Of a DNA stretch of 1,192 nucleotides, positions 1-1,192 are shown piece by piece (within the stretch, counting starts at the first letter, position 1; each line of letters starts with the position of its first letter). A program made the translations under genes and the position numbers. Origin of the DNA: a phage; sequence record OR846218.1; one strand, given 5' to 3'. The notes under the pieces were generated by a model. That model saw only the letters and a program-made list of their open reading frames with translations, was not told the origin of the DNA and made no database searches.

Positions 1-77
1 AAATCTCCCGGAATAAGATTACACATCTTAGCTACAATATGAACTAACGTAGCATATGATGCAATATTAAATGGAAG
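1..77 (-). CDS. td: thymidylate synthase, exon 2 (5' portion only; CDS continues past window start)
   Basis: Minus-strand codons from 77 downward read CTT CCA TTT AAT ATT GCA TCA TAT GCT ACG TTA GTT CAT ATT GTA GCT AAG ATG TGT AAT CTT ATT CCG GGA GAT = LPFNIASYATLVHIVAKMCNLIPGD. This matches the conserved thymidylate synthase segment (E. coli ThyA ...LGLPFNIASYALLVHMMAQ...). The frame is continuous with exon 1 once 78..1093 is removed. No ORF-track entry because the fragment is short and lacks a start. Confidence 0.86.
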
Positions 78-224
78 CACTATGTTCAGATAAGGTCGTT
101 AATCTTACCCCGGAATTATATCCAGCTGCATGTCACCATGCAGATCAGACTATATCTCCAACTTGTTAAAGCAAGTTGTCTATCGTTTCGAGTCACTTGA
201 CCCTACTCCCCAAAGGGATAGTCG
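78..224 (-). ncRNA. 3' ribozyme segment of the group I intron (P6 3' strands, P7-P9 region, terminal G)
   Basis: Minus strand CGACTATCCCTTTGGGGAGTAGGGTCAAGTGACTCGAAACGATAGACAACTTGCTTTAACAAGTTGGAGATATAGTCTGATCTGCATGGTGACATGCAGCTGGATATAATTCCGGGGTAAGATTAACGACCTTATCTGAACATAGTG. It contains a 7-bp hairpin CAACTTG/CAAGTTG (159..178) and a 7-bp hairpin CTGCATG/CATGCAG with a GUGA tetraloop (126..143). It ends in G at position 78 immediately before exon 2. Confidence 0.8.
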
Positions 225-962
225 TTAGGCATTTATGTAGAACCAATTCCATTTATCAGATTTTACACGATAAGTAACTAATCCAGACGAAATTTTAAAA
301 TGTCTAGCTGCATCTGCTGCACAATCAAAAATAACCCCATCACATGAAATCTTTTTAATATTACTAGGCTTTTTACCTTTCATCTTTTCTGATATTTTAG
401 ATTTAGTTATGTCTGAATGCTTATGATTAAAGAATGAATTATTTTCACCTGAACGATTTCTGCATTTACTACAAGTATAAGCAGAAGTTTGTATGCGAAC
501 ACCGCACTTACAAAACTTATGGGTTTCTGGATTCCAACGCCCGTTTTTACTTCCGGGTTTACTGTAAAGAGCTTTCCGACCATCAGGTCCAAGTTTAAGC
601 ATCTTAGCTTTAACAGTTTCAGAACGTTTCTTAATAATTTCTTCTTTTAATGGATGCGTAGAACATGTATCACCAAACGTTGCATCAGCAATATTGTATC
701 CATTAATTTTAGAATTAAGCTCTTTAATCCAAAAATTTTCTCGTTCAATAATCAAATCTTTCTCATATGGAATTTCTTCCAAAATAGAACATTCAAACAC
801 ATTACCATGTTTGTTAAAAGACCTCTGAAGCTTTATAGAAGAATGGCATCCTTTTTCTAAATCTTTAAAATGCCTCTTCCATCTCTTTTCAAAATCTTTA
901 GCACTTCCTACATATACTTTATTGTTTAAAGTATTTTTAATCTGATAAATTCCGCTTTTCAT
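225..962 (-). CDS. I-TevI: Intron-encoded GIY-YIG homing endonuclease I-TevI (245 aa)
   Basis: ORF-track entry 225..962 (-), ATG at 962..960, TAA at 227..225. Protein starts MKSGIYQIKNTLNNKVYVGS (GIY at 4-6, YVG at 17-19) and has R27, E75 and N90 in the expected catalytic positions. A Cys4 zinc finger lies at C151/C153/C164/C167 (FCKCGVRIQTSAYTCSKC), followed by a C-terminal DNA-binding region. As far as I can recall, this matches phage T4 I-TevI over its full length. A GAGG Shine-Dalgarno lies 5 nt upstream of the ATG. Confidence 0.97.
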   Translation of the reverse strand: MKSGIYQIKNTLNNKVYVGSAKDFEKRWKRHFKDLEKGCHSSIKLQRSFNKHGNVFECSILEEIPYEKDLIIERENFWIKELNSKINGYNIADATFGDTCSTHPLKEEIIKKRSETVKAKMLKLGPDGRKALYSKPGSKNGRWNPETHKFCKCGVRIQTSAYTCSKCRNRSGENNSFFNHKHSDITKSKISEKMKGKKPSNIKKISCDGVIFDCAADAARHFKISSGLVTYRVKSDKWNWFYINA

Positions 963-990
963 AAATACCTCTTTAAATATAGAAGTATTT
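963..990 (-). promoter_or_regulatory. I-TevI translation-initiation region: Shine-Dalgarno (GAGG, 971..968) sequestered in a 10-bp hairpin
   Basis: Minus strand 990..963 is AAATACTTCT ATATTTAA AGAGGTATTT, followed by ATG. The two arms pair over 10 bp (9 Watson-Crick plus one U.G) around an 8-nt loop, burying the SD. This agrees with the published model in which I-TevI is translated only from late transcripts that start inside the intron and lack the 5' arm. Confidence 0.55.
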
Positions 991-1000
991 ATTAAAGGGC
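984..1000 (-). promoter_or_regulatory. T4 late-promoter-like element (AATAAATA, 993..986) and overlapping I-TevI operator-like sequence
   Basis: Minus strand 1000..984 is GCCCTTTAATAAATACT. AATAAATA is one mismatch from the T4 late promoter consensus TATAAATA. A start about 6-8 nt downstream would fall inside the hairpin, removing its 5' arm. The same stretch (CCCTTTAATA) resembles the exon-2 I-TevI binding sequence (CCATTTAATA, 74..65), as expected for the published autorepressor operator. Confidence 0.4.
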
Positions 1001-1093
1001 AGTCCTACAATTTAGCACGGGATTGTCTACTAGAGAGGTTCCCCGTTTAGATAGATTACAAGTATAAGTCACCTTATACTCAGGCCTCAATTA

Positions 1094-1192
1094 ACCCAAG
1101 AAAACATCTACTGATCGTTGATACCACTGCAAATCCAAATAGCCATTACGCACATTAAACTGATAGAACATATGACAAGGCGGTAATGCCAT
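1094..1192 (-). CDS. td: thymidylate synthase, exon 1 (3' portion only; CDS continues past window end)
   Basis: Minus strand from 1192 reads 33 in-frame codons: [37 protein letters not shown] holds the thymidylate synthase active-site cysteine (codon TGT at 1177..1175), and the segment aligns with E. coli ThyA DMALAPCHAFFQFYV...LYQRSCDVFLG. The exon ends at a codon boundary at 1094 and is followed immediately by intron TAA. Confidence 0.9.

Larger units (their letters stand above)
78..1093 (-). mobile_element. Mobile self-splicing group I intron (subgroup IA2, phage T4 td-intron type) carrying a homing endonuclease gene
   Basis: Intron begins on the minus strand at 1093 with TAATTGAGGCCTGAGTATAAGGTGACTTATACT..., directly after an exon ending CTTGGGT (U at 1094 before the 5' splice site). 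It ends with G at 78 (minus-strand ...CTGAACATAGTG) directly before exon 2. Length is 1016 nt, the known length of the T4 td intron. Removing it joins ...VDVFLG to LPFNIASY... in frame. The I-TevI ORF sits in a peripheral loop between the 5' (963..1093) and 3' (78..224) ribozyme segments. Confidence 0.93.
963..1093 (-). ncRNA. 5' ribozyme segment of the group I intron (internal guide sequence/P1 partner, P2, P3-P6 5' strands)
   Basis: Minus strand TAATTGAGGCCTG AGTATAAG-GTGA-CTTATACT TGTAATCTATCTAA ACGGG GAACCTCTCTAGTAGACAAT CCCGT G.... GCCTGA (1085..1080) can pair with exon 1 end UUGGGU (P1, with G.U at the splice site). There is a perfect 8-bp hairpin with a GUGA tetraloop (1061..1080, P2-like). 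ACGGG and CCCGT are reverse complements (P4-like). Confidence 0.8.

Noticed and set aside
115-143. Perfect TATAAT hexamer on the minus strand (120..115) that might be a sigma-70 -10 element
   Set aside because: There is no acceptable -35 at 16-18 bp spacing (the best TTGACA-like match, GTGACA at 136..131, is only 10 bp away). The region is the P9 area of the ribozyme, so the motif is more likely structural sequence than a promoter.
126-180. Stable hairpins at 126..143 and 159..178 as possible rho-independent terminators
   Set aside because: Neither is followed by a U-tract on the minus strand, and both sit in positions expected for ribozyme helices.
407-592. 61-codon minus-strand ORF from the six-frame track
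   Set aside because: It lies entirely inside the I-TevI CDS in a different frame, has no SD, and its product is low-complexity. It is a chance ORF in AT-rich sequence.
654-860. 68-codon plus-strand ORF from the six-frame track
   Set aside because: It is antisense to the I-TevI catalytic domain, has no recognisable start context or homology, and is hydrophobic and low-complexity. It is an artefact of the opposite-strand coding sequence.
1-1192. CRISPR array, tandem repeats, tRNA/rRNA genes, transposon ends, or a novel defence or other undescribed system
   Set aside because: No direct or inverted repeat structure beyond the ribozyme helices, and no tRNA-like cloverleaf. Every base is accounted for by the td exons, the group I intron and I-TevI. 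Reporting a new system here would be unsupported.
1-1192. Possibility that this is an engineered construct (for example an intron-based selection marker or a Tev-nuclease plasmid) rather than phage DNA
   Set aside because: Engineered td-intron cassettes normally delete the I-TevI ORF and are placed in heterologous exons. Here the full ORF and native td exons are both present, which fits a natural T4-like phage context. The silent exon differences from the recalled T4 sequence are more simply explained by a related phage. I cannot exclude an engineered origin without flanking sequence.

Overview
The whole window is one well-characterised locus read on the minus strand: a T4-type thymidylate synthase gene (td) split by a 1016-nt self-splicing group I intron (78..1093) that carries the 245-codon GIY-YIG homing endonuclease I-TevI (225..962). 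Exon 1 (1094..1192, translating to [33 protein letters not shown]) and exon 2 (1..77, LPFNIASYATLVHIVAKMCNLIPGD) both run off the window edges. I find no evidence of an undescribed system here. The points worth a second look are regulatory overlays on the intron (an RBS-sequestering hairpin, a late-promoter/operator-like element, a possible MotA-type promoter inside the ribozyme) and several silent differences from the T4 sequence as I remember it, clustered at the two splice junctions. No search or computation was run; every comparison to T4 is from memory and is flagged as such.
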